DNA of 64,000 nucleotides from Thermoanaerobaculia bacterium (GCA_963816185.1 CAWFJJ010000025.1:64001-128000); one strand, 5' to 3'; shown: positions 18,045 to 28,070, numbered from the stretch's first letter. The notes: generated from the letters alone by a model not told the origin. Numbers and translations: made by a program.

Positions 18045-19498
18045 AGATCGCCCCCAGGACCCTCAGGGGCCGGCTCACGGTCTGGTACTGCGCCGTCTTG
18101 ACCGTCATCCTGGCCGTTTTCGGTGTCTCCTTGTACCTCCTGGTCCGGGTGCAGCTCCTGCAGCACTACGACCAGGAATTGAAGGAGACGGCCACAGGAG
18201 TCGAGGAGGTGCTCTCTCGCCGTGAGGATTGCGAGCACCTCTCGAGCGACCAGCTCGCCGACCTCAACCAGTTCGCTCGGCTGATTCTCTTCCACGCCGT
18301 CGGCGGCGATCGGAAGATCTTCTACCGGTCCCCCGACCTGGCGTCCCTGCGCGTCGCGCGCGACCTCGCCGAAGAGCCCGACTTCTTGAAACGGGAGGCG
18401 TCCTTCCAGACGTACCAGGGCCCGCGGGTCTCCTTCCGCGTCTACACCGTGCCCTACCGTTCCCGGGCCGGCCGGCAGGGGCTGATTCGTGTCATCGAGA
18501 GTCTGGGAGACGTCGAGAATTCTCTCGCAAGGCTCCGCCTCGCGCTTCTTCTCGTGACGCCCTTTGCCGTGTTCGCGTCCTCGGCCGTCGGGTATTGGCT
18601 CGCGGGCCGGGCGCTCGCGCCCGTCGACGAGGTCACCCGGCTCGCTCGCGAAATCGAGGCGAGTCAGTTGAGTCGCCGGCTGCCCACGCCCTCGGTCCGG
18701 GACGAGATCGGGCGCCTCGTCGAGACGTTCAACCAGATGATCGCGCGGCTCGAGGCTTCCTTCGAGGCCATGAAGCGCTTCACGGCGGACGCCTCGCACG
18801 AGCTCAGGAGCCCGCTCACGACGATGCGGGGAACGATCGACGTGGCCCTCGGTCAGCCGCGCGAGACCGAGCAGTACCGCTCCGCGCTCGCGAGCGTGGG
18901 AGAGGAGGTGGACCGTCTCCGGCAGATCGTCGAGGGCCTCCTCGTCCTGGCGCGCGCCGATGCCGGCAGGCTTCCGTTCGAGCGGGAGGAAGTTCGGCTC
19001 GACGTCCTCGCTCGCGAAGTCGTCGAGTCTTTCCAGGAGAGGGCGGCGGCCGCCGGCTTGGCGCTCACGGCCTCGGCCGCGGCGCCCGTAACCGTGCAGG
19101 GAGACGAAAGGTGGCTTCGCCAGCTCGCCTTCAACCTCGTGGACAACGCCGTGAAATTCTCGACCTCGGTCCCGCGCGAGAACGGTGAGGCGGAGGTCCG
19201 CGTGGAGGTGACCGAAGGCGATGGGGTTGCGCGCCTTATCGTCGCCGACTCCGGACCGGGAATCCCGGAAGCCGACCTGACACGCGTCTTCGAGCGCTTC
19301 TACCGCGCGGACTGGGCACGCACGCACGGTCCCAAGGACGGCTTCGGCCTTGGCCTGGCGATCGCCTCGTGGATCGTGGAGTCGCACGGGGGGAGGATCG
19401 AGGCCCAGAGGCGCTCGGAGGGCGGCACGAGGATAGTCGCCACGTTCCCCGTCATTCGCTCGAAGCCCCTTAGTTCATCTGCATCAGGCGCGACCTAA
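18041..19498 (+). CDS. Heavy-metal sensor histidine kinase (CusS-like; 2 TM, HAMP, HisKA, HATPase)
   Basis: FTADASHELRSP, NLVDNAVKF, DSGPGI, FERFYR, GFGLGLAI. Confidence 0.93.
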   Translation: MKIAPRTLRGRLTVWYCAVLTVILAVFGVSLYLLVRVQLLQHYDQELKETATGVEEVLSRREDCEHLSSDQLADLNQFARLILFHAVGGDRKIFYRSPDLASLRVARDLAEEPDFLKREASFQTYQGPRVSFRVYTVPYRSRAGRQGLIRVIESLGDVENSLARLRLALLLVTPFAVFASSAVGYWLAGRALAPVDEVTRLAREIEASQLSRRLPTPSVRDEIGRLVETFNQMIARLEASFEAMKRFTADASHELRSPLTTMRGTIDVALGQPRETEQYRSALASVGEEVDRLRQIVEGLLVLARADAGRLPFEREEVRLDVLAREVVESFQERAAAAGLALTASAAAPVTVQGDERWLRQLAFNLVDNAVKFSTSVPRENGEAEVRVEVTEGDGVARLIVADSGPGIPEADLTRVFERFYRADWARTHGPKDGFGLGLAIASWIVESHGGRIEAQRRSEGGTRIVATFPVIRSKPLSSSASGAT

Positions 19499-19526
19499 AG
19501 CTCTTCTAATCCTCGGGCCCTAACTT
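19473..19526 (+). promoter_or_regulatory. OmpR-type tandem box plus -10 element, copy 2
   Basis: GTTCATCTGCATCAG-N7-CTAAA-N6-CTAAT-N10-TAACTT. Confidence 0.68.
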
Positions 19527-19670
19527 GTAGCCGTGGTCATCGACCATCCTTACGGAGTCGACCGCGTAACGGGTGGTTGCCTGGTTCTACCGGCTCCTCA
19601 GGCGCAACCGTGACAGATCACTGGCGCGCCTGGGCCGCCGAGAGGCGCGGCATCGCGTCGCTGGCTCGTA

Positions 19671-19787
19671 ATGCTTCGCTGCGTTGTGATTACCGGTTTG
19701 CAGAGTGGACCGGGGGGCGTCTTTTTCGGACTCGTATTCGCACCGCTCTACAACTTCTTCCTGGTGAAGGTGTGGAAGCACGAGTGA
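19671..19787 (+). pseudogene. Probable remnant of a small membrane protein (DUF5676-like C-terminus)
   Basis: Translation ends GGVFFGLVFAPLYNFFLVKVWKHE*; no coherent N-terminal part. Confidence 0.35.
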
Positions 19788-19806
19788 AACTGCGGAGGCA
19801 CGCAAC

Positions 19807-20475
19807 GTGAGCACCGAGGCGCTGACTCAGAACGAGCTCCGGGATCTCTATCGCAAGCGCGCGCCTCGCTACGACATCACGTCGCACGTGTATGGGCTGA
19901 TCGGGTACCGCCTGAACGACTACCGGCTCTGCGGGATCGAAGCCCTCCGGCTGCATCCGGGCGACACGGTCGTCGAGATCGGGTGCGGCACCGGCGCGAA
20001 CTTCGCGCGGCTCGAGCGCGCGATCGGCCCGACCGGCGCGATCGTCGGTGTCGACCTGAGTCCGGGCATGCTCGACCGGGCGCGCTCACGCGTTCGCCGA
20101 GAAGGGTGGTCGAACGTGACTCTCGTGGAGTCGGATGCCGCGCGGTACGCGTTTCCCGAGCGTGTCAATGCTGTTTTCTCGACTTTTGCGCTGACGCTCG
20201 TGCCGTCGTACGACGACGTGATTCAACGGGGCGCGGACGCTCTCGTTCCCGGGGGACGCTTTGTCGTCGTCGACTTCAAGGCACCTGGTTCGTGGCCCGA
20301 GCCGGCGGTTCGCGCCATCGTTCCTCTGCTCCGCCCGTTCGGCGCCACGCTCGACCTCCGTGCACGGCATCCGTGGGAGTCGCTGGCGAAGCATTTGAAT
20401 CTGGTGGCCATGGAGGAACGTTACCTCGGAACCACCTATATCGCGGCAGGGGAGAAGCCCGCAGAAGCCCGATGA
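19807..20475 (+). CDS. Class I SAM-dependent methyltransferase
   Basis: VVEIGCGTG, GVDLSPGML, LVPGGRFVVVD. Confidence 0.9.
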   Translation: MSTEALTQNELRDLYRKRAPRYDITSHVYGLIGYRLNDYRLCGIEALRLHPGDTVVEIGCGTGANFARLERAIGPTGAIVGVDLSPGMLDRARSRVRREGWSNVTLVESDAARYAFPERVNAVFSTFALTLVPSYDDVIQRGADALVPGGRFVVVDFKAPGSWPEPAVRAIVPLLRPFGATLDLRARHPWESLAKHLNLVAMEERYLGTTYIAAGEKPAEAR

Positions 20476-20490
20476 AGGGAGGGTGAATCC

Positions 20491-20709
20491 ATGCACTGGT
20501 GGAATGGAGGTGGGCACATGGGATGGATGGCGATCTGGTGGATCCTCGGCGCCGCCTTGATTGCGGCGATCGCCTGGGCGCTGGCCAGGTCCGCGCTTGG
20601 TCCCGGCAGCGCGAGCGACTCGCCCGAGGCGATTCTCAAACGGCGGTATGCCAAGGACGAGATCGACCAGCAGACCTACGATCGGATGCTGGGAGAGCTG
20701 CGCCGGTAG
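20491..20709 (+). CDS. Small His/Met-rich membrane protein with SHOCT domain
   Basis: MHWWNGGGHMGWM, TM, PEAILKRRYAKDEIDQQTY; GGAGGG RBS. Confidence 0.85.
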   Translation: MHWWNGGGHMGWMAIWWILGAALIAAIAWALARSALGPGSASDSPEAILKRRYAKDEIDQQTYDRMLGELRR

Positions 20710-20828
20710 GAGACGAGACATGGACGTACAGACCGACGACGGGGACCTCAGGGCGTCACGCGGCCACGGGATGACCCCGGGAGCTGAGTCGATATCGTCA
20801 GACGCCCGTCGCCTGGGAGGCGAGACTC

Positions 20829-21665
20829 GTGAGTGAAGGCGCAATCCTCGTCTGGTTCCTGTTGACCGGGCTTTCCGTCGTCTTTGTCAGCGTGGATATC
20901 CGGAGCACGCCAGCGCATCCGGTACTGAAATGGGCCTTCACAATCCTCACGCTGTTTACCGGCCCGTTCGCCGCCTTTTTCTACGTACTTGGGTGCCGGG
21001 AGCCGCTCAAGGGGGCTCACGAGGCCTATGTGACAACTCGCTGGCGCCAGGTGCTCGGGTCGACGATGCACTGTGCCGCCGGAGACGGACTCGGTATCAT
21101 TGCAGGGGCAGCGGTCGCGGCCCAATGGCACTTGCCAGCGTGGGCCGACCTATCACTCGAGTACCTTCTCGGTTTCGGGTTTGGCTGGGCGGTCTTCCAG
21201 GCCCTCGCAATGCGCGAGATGGCGGGTGGCGACTATCTGCGCTCACTGAAGCTGACTTTCCTGCCCGAGTTGCTCTCCATGAATCTCCTGATGGCGGGAA
21301 TGGCGGTGACCATGCGTTTACTCGGCCCCCGTATCGACGGCAGCGCGAATCCATTGGACGGGGGGTTCTGGTTCGTCGTGTCGATGGCCCTCATCGCCGG
21401 GTTCATGCTCGCCTATCCGATCAACTGGTGGCTGGTCGCGAAAGGCCTCAAGCACGGGATGATTACGGTGCGGCCAGCCCTTCAGCCCGCGGAGCAAGCC
21501 CGAGCTGTTGCGGTCGAAAGGCCATCGCATGAGCACGCAGGTCCCGGCCTGGGCGAGCATCCCGCGGCCGCCGGCGCCTCGATGGCCTCGAAAGCAGGCA
21601 TGACGATCCTCACAATCGCATGCCTGATCATCGGGATCGCGTTCGCAGAATGGCTTGATCGTTGA
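20829..21665 (+). CDS. DUF4396-family membrane protein
   Basis: WRQVLGSTMHCAAGDG, ELLSMN, AYPINWWLVAKGLKHGM. Confidence 0.85.
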   Translation: MSEGAILVWFLLTGLSVVFVSVDIRSTPAHPVLKWAFTILTLFTGPFAAFFYVLGCREPLKGAHEAYVTTRWRQVLGSTMHCAAGDGLGIIAGAAVAAQWHLPAWADLSLEYLLGFGFGWAVFQALAMREMAGGDYLRSLKLTFLPELLSMNLLMAGMAVTMRLLGPRIDGSANPLDGGFWFVVSMALIAGFMLAYPINWWLVAKGLKHGMITVRPALQPAEQARAVAVERPSHEHAGPGLGEHPAAAGASMASKAGMTILTIACLIIGIAFAEWLDR

Positions 21666-21829
21666 GAGTGTCGTCGCTGGGAATGACCAGCGCTGCAACT
21701 CCTGAAGGAGGACATGCAAATGGGTCGGTTGCCCCGCATTGGCGCGATCATCCACGGCGTTGACAAGTCGTAGAACGCTGGAGAACCGATGAATCTTCCA
21801 ACGCCGCCCTCGTCACCCCGTCCGGGACC

Positions 21830-24193
21830 GTGAAGGACCCCGTCTGCGGCATGGACGTCGACCCGGCCAGGACGAAGCACTCCATCGTCCACGAAGGGAA
21901 GGACTACTTCTTCTGCAGCGCGAGCTGCCTGGAGAAGTTCCGCCGCGAGCCCGAGAAATATCTTGTCGGGGGATCGGCCGGCGGTCACGAGCCGACGACA
22001 TCCGCGGCTCCCGCTGTCCCTGCGGCGCCCGCCGCCAAGGGTGTCGAATACACCTGCCCGATGCACCCGCAGATCGTGCGCGACGCGCCCGGGCTCGTGC
22101 CCGATCTGCGGCATGGCGCTCGAGCCGCGACGCGTCACGCGGCCGACGGAGGCGAACCCCGAGCTCGTCGACATGACGCCGGCGGTTCTGGATCGCGCGT
22201 CGCGCTGACCGTGCCGCTGCTCGCTGCTGGCGATGGCGCGACATGCTGCCGGGCCTGCCGGTGCGGCACGTCGTCTCGGCGCGGCTTCGACGCTGGCTCG
22301 AGCTCGCGCTCGCGACGCCGGTGGTGCTCGTGGGGCGGCATGGCCGTTCTTCGTGCGCGCGGTGCAGTCGCTCGCGCAACCGCAGCCTCGAACATGTTCA
22401 CGCTGATCGCGCTCGGCGTCGGCGTCGCGTATGTCTACAGCCTCGTCGCCACGCTCGCGCCCGGGCTCTTTCCCGCCGTCGTTCCGCGGACGCGACGGCG
22501 ACGTCGCCGTCTACTTCGAGGCCGCCGGCGTCATCGTCACGCTGGTGCTGCTCGGCCAGGTGCTGGAGCTGCGGGCGCGCAGCCGGACCGGCGCGCGCGA
22601 TCCGGGCGCTGCTCGGGCCTCGCGCCGAAGACCGCGCGCCGCGTCCGCGACGACGGCAGCGAAGAGGACGTGCCGCTCGACGACGTGCAGCGTCGGCGAT
22701 CGGCTGCGCGTGCGGCCCGGCGAGAAGGTCCCGGTCGACGGCGTCGTCCTCGAGGGCCAGCACCGTCGACGAGTCGATGGTCACCGGCGAGCCGATCCCG
22801 GTCGAGAAGAGCCCGGGCGACCGCGTCATCGGCGCCACCGTCAACGGCACCGGCAGCCTCGTGATGCGGGCCGAGCGGGTCGGCGCGCGAGACGCTGCTC
22901 GCGCGATCGTCCGCGATGGTGCGCGAGGCGCAGCGCAGCCGCGCGCCGATCCAGAGGCTCGCCGACGTGGTGGCCGGCTACTTCGTGCCGGTCGTCGTCG
23001 CTGATCGCGGTCGTGACGTTCGTCGTCTGGGCGCTGGTCGGGCCCGACGCCGCGGCTGGCGCACGCGCTCGTCAACGCCGTGGCGGTGCTGATCATCGCC
23101 TGCCCGTGCGCGCTCGGCCTGGCGACGCCGATGTCGATCATGGTCGGCGACCGGCCGGGGCGCGACGATGGGCGTGCTCATCAAGAACGCCGAGGCGCTC
23201 GAGATGCTGCAGAAGGTCGACACGCTCGTCGTCGACAAGACCGGCACGCTGACCGAAGGCAAGCCGCAGCTCGTCGTCCGTCGGCGCCGCCGAGCGGCGT
23301 CGACGAGGACGAGCTGCTGCGGCTGGCCGCAGCCTCGAGCGCGGCAGCGAGCATCCGCTCGGCGGCGGCGATCGTCGCGGGCGCCGAGGAGCGCGGCATC
23401 GCGCTCGCGCGCGGCGCAGCGAGTTTCGCGTCGATCACCGGGCAAGGGCGTCACGCGGCACGCGTCGAGGGCCGGCGCGTGGCGCTCGGCAACCGCGCGC
23501 TGATCGAGCGATCTGCGCGTCGATCGTCGGCGACGCTCGAGCCGAGGCGCGCGGCGCTGCGCAGCGAAGGGCAGACGGTCGATGTTCGTCGCGGTCGACG
23601 GGCAGCCCGCGGGCCTCCTCGGCGTCGCCGATCCGATCAAGGCCAGTCGACGCCCGAGGCGATCCGCGCAGCTGCACGCGGACGGCTCGCATCGTCATGC
23701 TGACCGGCGACAGCCGGACGCACCGCCGAGGCGGTCGCGCAGGAAGCTCGGCATCGACGAGGTCGATCGCCGAGGTGCTGCCCGGACAGAAGGCCGAGGT
23801 CGTCAAGCGGCTTCAGGCGCGAGGGCCGCATCGTGGCGATGGCGGGCGACGGCATCAACGACGCGCCGGCGCTGGCGCAGGCGCACGTCGGCATCGCCAT
23901 GGGCACCGGCACCGACGTCGCGATGGAGAGCGCCGGCGTCACGCTGGTGAAGGGCGACCTGCGCGGCATCGTCCGGGCGCGCGCGCCTCTAGCCGCGCGA
24001 CGATGCGCGAACATCCGCCAGAACCTCTTCTTCGCGTTCGTCTACAACGCGCTCGGCGTCCCGATCGCCGCCGGGCGTGCTCTATCCGTGCTTCGGCCTG
24101 CTGCTCTCGCCGATGATCGCCGCCGCGGCGATGAGCTTCAGCTCGGTGTCGGTCATCAGCAACGCGCTCCGGCTGCGGCGAGCGGAGCCGTGA
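21830..24193 (+). pseudogene. copA: Cu(I)-translocating P1B ATPase with YHS and HMBD domains; heavily frameshifted as assembled
   Basis: Motifs scattered over three frames: [91 protein letters not shown]. Confidence 0.9.
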
Positions 24194-24218
24194 CTCGGCT
24201 TGCCGCCATGATTTAGCC

Positions 24219-24723
24219 ATGCCGGGGGTCCGCACGGTGACGCCGTCGTATCGGCCCGAGCTCCGGCACGCGGTCATCCTCGAGCAGCACGGCGTTTCTA
24301 CTGCACTTCATCTGGGAATCACTGCAGTGCCGGGCGTTTTACGTACATGGCAGCTACGACGCGACCTGGCGCGGAATGACCGTGGCGGCGCTGGGAGACG
24401 TGGTCATGACCTGGGTGATCTACGGTGCAGTGGCCGCTGCCTCCAGGGCTTGGCGCTGGCCTGCGTCAGGCTGGCGGCGCCGCCAGTGGCTGACCATGGC
24501 CGTTGCCGCCGTCACGGTCGCAACGGTTGTGGAAGGGCGCGCGATTCTCACCGGGCGCTGGAGCTACCTGCCCATCACACCCCTGTTCCCCGGAACGCCG
24601 ATATCCATCGTCCCGGTGTTGCAGGTGCTTGTTCTGTCACCGGCCATCTTCGCCATTGCCGAAGCTCTCGAGCGGGCGGCTCAGCGGCTGCAACCGTCTT
24701 CGGCCCGGAAGAGGAACGCATGA
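24219..24723 (+). CDS. Hypothetical membrane protein (probable single frameshift near 24280)
   Basis: The frame of ORF 24376 extends upstream as AFLLHFIWESLQCRAFYVHG; GDVVM, VEGRAI..GRWSY..PLFP. Confidence 0.6.
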
Positions 24724-25457
24724 GATATCACTATGTGTGGTTGGCGTGGTCGAGCGCGTTCCTGCTGCCATGGCTCGCACTGTATCTGGGGAATCCTGGC
24801 CACCGCGGAGTGATGTTGCGCACGAGCTTCGCCACCGCGCTCCTTGGCCTCACGGAACCGATTTACGTTCCAAGATACTGGAACCCGCCGAGCCTCCTCG
24901 ACCTTGCTCAACGCACGGGATTCGACATCGAGAGCCTGGTCTTCGCCTTTGCAATCGGGGGCATCGGCAGCGCCTTGTACAACACGCTGGCGAGGCGAGA
25001 GCTCGCGCCGGTCAGCGCGGTGGAAAGGCACGGCTCGCGGCACCGCTTTCACCGCCTGGCTCTCCTCGCGCCGTTCGTCCTGTTCGTGCCCTTTACTTCC
25101 TGCCCTGGAATCCCATCTATCCCTCGCTCTCTGCTTGCTGATCGGCGTCCTTGCCTCGGTATCTGCCGTCCGGACCTGAGACGAAAGACCTTGATCGGCG
25201 GTCTCCTTTTTCTGGGTTTCTACGGGGTTTTCATGCTCGGGTTGCGATTGCTCTCTCCCGGCTACATCGAGGGGGTCTGGAACCTTCACGCCTTGAGCGG
25301 GATCCTGATCGCCGGGATCCCTCTCGAGGAGCTGGTTTTCGGCTTGGCTTTCGGCATGTACTGGACCGGCGCGTACGAGCACTTCACCTGGAGCAAGAGC
25401 GTGGGGCCGGGCTCCCGGACAGCCGGCCAGGGCTTGGTTCATCTGCATCAGTTGTGA
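24720..25457 (+). CDS. Lycopene-cyclase-domain membrane protein (type found in copper islands)
   Basis: MRYHYVWL..TEPIYVPRYWNPPSL..GFDIES..CRPDL..GIPLEE; compensating frameshifts ~25090-25160 (LYFLPWNPIYP lies in another frame). Confidence 0.75.
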   Translation: MRYHYVWLAWSSAFLLPWLALYLGNPGHRGVMLRTSFATALLGLTEPIYVPRYWNPPSLLDLAQRTGFDIESLVFAFAIGGIGSALYNTLARRELAPVSAVERHGSRHRFHRLALLAPFVLFVPFTSCPGIPSIPRSLLADRRPCLGICRPDLRRKTLIGGLLFLGFYGVFMLGLRLLSPGYIEGVWNLHALSGILIAGIPLEELVFGLAFGMYWTGAYEHFTWSKSVGPGSRTAGQGLVHLHQL

Positions 25458-25490
25458 TCTAAACCGCCTCTAATCTCCGGCCCCTATCTT
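25437..25490 (+). promoter_or_regulatory. OmpR-type tandem box plus -10 element, copy 3
   Basis: GTTCATCTGCATCAG-N7-CTAAA-N6-CTAAT-N10-TATCTT. Confidence 0.68.
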
Positions 25491-25562
25491 GCCCTCGTGT
25501 TCTGCGACGTTCCCCGCCGCGTCCGCGGCGCTCAATCTACAAACTCACTCCAGGAGGTTCCC

Positions 25563-26261
25563 GTGCAAGATCCCCGTCACTTCTCCCCGTGGGCCCTAAT
25601 CACGCTCGCCGCGCCGCTTCTGCTCGGCTCCCCCGCAACATTTGCCGCCGGCCCGGGAGCACCGCCTTCACAGACCCCGATTCCTTCAGAGAAGGCCACG
25701 GCGGCAAAGACGGCCATGACCCCGGAGGAGCATCTCGCCAAGGCCGACGAGTACATGAAGGAGGCGGCCGCCTACCGTGCGGAAGCGGCGATGCACCGAA
25801 AAATGCTCGAGCAGTACAAGGAAGGGTTTCCGGCTACCGAGGGGCAGATCGAAGAGGCTTCCTACGTCAAGAAGATGCGGCTCCATTGCGAGGGCTATAT
25901 CAAGAAGGCCGAAGCTCTAGCCACCGAAGCCGAGAAATTCGCCGACTACCACCGGGAGCAGGCGGCCGAACTGCGGACGCCGGCCGTCAAGATGCCCGTG
26001 ACCGCAGGGGAGCACTTGGCGAAGGCCGAGGAATACGCAAAGAAGGCGGCCACCTACCGTGCGGAAGCGGCGATGCACCGGAAGATGCTCGCGGATTTCC
26101 GTGGTCAGGCCGCAACGGAGCGAGCTGACGAGGATCCCGGGCGCAAGGAGATGCGGATCCACCGCGAGGGCTTTATCAACAAGGCTGAAGCGTTGGCGAC
26201 CGAAGCCGAGAACTTCGCGGACTTTCACCGGATGCGGGCCGCCGAGCTGCAGGGAAAGTGA
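25563..26261 (+). CDS. Secreted His/Met-rich helical protein with two ~85-aa repeats
   Basis: CAGGAGG RBS then GTG; signal peptide; repeated EHLAKA..YRAEAAMHRKML..MRxH..KAEALATEAExFADxHR. Confidence 0.82.
   Translation: MQDPRHFSPWALITLAAPLLLGSPATFAAGPGAPPSQTPIPSEKATAAKTAMTPEEHLAKADEYMKEAAAYRAEAAMHRKMLEQYKEGFPATEGQIEEASYVKKMRLHCEGYIKKAEALATEAEKFADYHREQAAELRTPAVKMPVTAGEHLAKAEEYAKKAATYRAEAAMHRKMLADFRGQAATERADEDPGRKEMRIHREGFINKAEALATEAENFADFHRMRAAELQGK
25719..26249 (+). repeat. Intragenic duplication (25719-25973 and 26001-26249)
   Basis: The copies share an identical 28-mer CCTACCGTGCGGAAGCGGCGATGCACCG and high amino-acid identity. Confidence 0.85.
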
Positions 26262-27397
26262 GCCGGGGCCGTGTGCGGCTGAACCAGAGCAAAAGCGCCC
26301 TGAACTCAGCCTGGCGATCTTTGCGCTTGTGGCACGCGTTGGTGGGCCTGGGCTTCGGCTTTCTCGTTCTGCATCCCGTCACGATGATCATCTTTCGGTG
26401 GCTCGACCCGCGCCTGGCTCCGGCCATGGGGTCCGACGAGATTCGATCGTTCCTGGACCCGGTCCTCGATTCGTTTCGGCCCGAGATGGCGCCCATGGGG
26501 CTGGTCTTCGGCTTCTTCTGCGCGGCTCTCGCCACGGTCGATGGCTACTATCGGAACCGACTCGGCCTACAGCTCGAGGTGAGCGAGGCATACCGCCTGG
26601 AGCTGGCCCGGCAGGCCGGGCTGCTACGCGAGAAGAACGACAATCTCGTGAGGCTCGAAGAGACAAACCGGCGACACACAAAGTTCATGGTGCACGACTT
26701 CAAGACGCACCTTGCAAGCATTCTCGGCTTCGCGGAGGTCCTTCTCGGCAAGGAGAGCACAAGCTCGGATCCGACGCGCGTCGAGGCCCTGACGAGGATC
26801 CGAAGGCAGGCGCTGCGGATGGCTGGGGCGGTCAAGGATCTTCTGGATTTCGCCCGACTTCGCGAGTCACCGGTGCTGCATCTCCAGCGAACCTCGGTCT
26901 CGATGCTGCTCGAGGAGGCGGCTCAAGACCTCTCGCTTCCGGTGCACCTGGGACAGGTGGAGGTCGCCTCCGGCGGCGGAGAGCGCCCGGATGTGATCGT
27001 GGACGCTCGCATCATCGAGCGAGTCCTGGTCAACCTCGCCTTCAACGCCCTCAGACACAACCATCCGGGGGCTCGCGTCGTTCTCGGCGCGCGTCCCGAT
27101 TTGGAGTCGCGTGGAGTTGCGTTCACGTGCGCGGACGACGGTCGGGGACTTTCACCGGCTGCTATGGCGTCGCTGTTCAAGGAAGTCGGAACGAAAGGCG
27201 ACACAGATCACGACGACGACGACTCGACGGGCTTCGGCCTCGCCTTCTGCAAGGCGGCGGTCGAGGCCCATGGCGGGCGCATCTGGTGCGAGAGCTCGGA
27301 GGGGCAGGGCGCCCGGTTCACATTCACCGTACCCCTCGAGCCGAAGGGAGCTGTCCATGTCGACAACAGCGAAGCGTCACATCCTGGTCGTAGATGA
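26258..27397 (+). CDS. Membrane sensor histidine kinase
   Basis: Two TM segments, MVHDFKTHL, NLAFNALRH, DDGRG, GFGLAFCK..AHGGRIW. Confidence 0.88.
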   Translation: MSRGRVRLNQSKSALNSAWRSLRLWHALVGLGFGFLVLHPVTMIIFRWLDPRLAPAMGSDEIRSFLDPVLDSFRPEMAPMGLVFGFFCAALATVDGYYRNRLGLQLEVSEAYRLELARQAGLLREKNDNLVRLEETNRRHTKFMVHDFKTHLASILGFAEVLLGKESTSSDPTRVEALTRIRRQALRMAGAVKDLLDFARLRESPVLHLQRTSVSMLLEEAAQDLSLPVHLGQVEVASGGGERPDVIVDARIIERVLVNLAFNALRHNHPGARVVLGARPDLESRGVAFTCADDGRGLSPAAMASLFKEVGTKGDTDHDDDDSTGFGLAFCKAAVEAHGGRIWCESSEGQGARFTFTVPLEPKGAVHVDNSEASHPGRR

Positions 27398-27785
27398 CGA
27401 ACCCGATTTCGTCGCCTACCTCGTGGCCGTCCTCGAGGAGGGCGGGTACGCGGTGACAACGGCCTTCGACGGGGAACAGGCTCTCAGGCACGTGCGTGAC
27501 CTTCCACCCGATCTGGTGACGCTGGACATCAGCATGCCCCGGAAGACGGGCGTTCTCTTCTACCGCCAGATGAAGTCGGAAGAGAGACTACGCCCGATCC
27601 CGGTCATCGTGGTCACGGGTCTCCGACGGACCAACGCCTACGCCGCGCCGTTCATCGAGCGCTTCTTCGAGTTCGAAGGCCTCCCCGTTCCTGAGGCCTA
27701 TCTCGACAAGCCAGTCGACAGAAGTGCGCTGCTGTCGGTGGTGAAGGAGAACCTCACGGCGGCCAGGGAGGCCGTCGGGACGTGA
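27357..27785 (+). CDS. Single-domain response regulator
   Basis: ILVVDDE, LVTLDISMP, VVTG, YLDKP. Confidence 0.9.
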   Translation: MSTTAKRHILVVDDEPDFVAYLVAVLEEGGYAVTTAFDGEQALRHVRDLPPDLVTLDISMPRKTGVLFYRQMKSEERLRPIPVIVVTGLRRTNAYAAPFIERFFEFEGLPVPEAYLDKPVDRSALLSVVKENLTAAREAVGT

Positions 27786-27827
27786 ACGTGACGGGCGCGA
27801 CTTCGGCGCGCTGCCTCGTAGCGAAGG

Positions 27828-27843
27828 TGGCAGTGGAATTGCA
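27828..27843 (+). promoter_or_regulatory. Sigma54 (-24/-12) promoter
   Basis: TGGCAGTGGAATTGCA fits GG-N10-GC, 50 nt upstream of the YHS gene. Confidence 0.6.
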
Positions 27844-27893
27844 CCGCTGCGGGAGGTACCAGAAGACACCGCTAGCCTGAGGAGGCCCCGGAA

Positions 27894-28070
27894 ATGGCAA
27901 AAGACCCTGTTTGCGGCATGAGCGTCGACGACAAAGCCCCGCTGAAAAGCACGTATGCCGGAAAGAATTACCTGTTCTGCTCCGCTTCTTGCAAAGAGAA
28001 GTTCGACAAGGAGCCGGGCCGGTACGCGCCCGCTGCCGGGGGAGAAGCCCAACGAGAAAGGCGGACCTGA
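27894..28070 (+). CDS. Stand-alone YHS/TRASH metal-binding protein (missing from the ORF track)
   Basis: GAGGAGG RBS; MAKDPVCGMSVDDKAPLKSTYAGKNYLFCSASCKEKFDKEPGRY. Confidence 0.9.
   Translation: MAKDPVCGMSVDDKAPLKSTYAGKNYLFCSASCKEKFDKEPGRYAPAAGGEAQRERRT

Noticed and set aside
21760-21795. TTGACA upstream of copA as a MerR/CueR-type promoter
   Set aside because: No acceptable -10 at 17-20 bp and no clear dyad
22090-25160. Programmed frameshifting or phase variation in copA and downstream genes
   Set aside because: Indels are numerous and scattered with no consistent slippery site; assembly error is more parsimonious
25719-26249. Repeated 28-mer as a CRISPR-like or mobile repeat
   Set aside because: Only two copies, in frame within a duplicated protein domain
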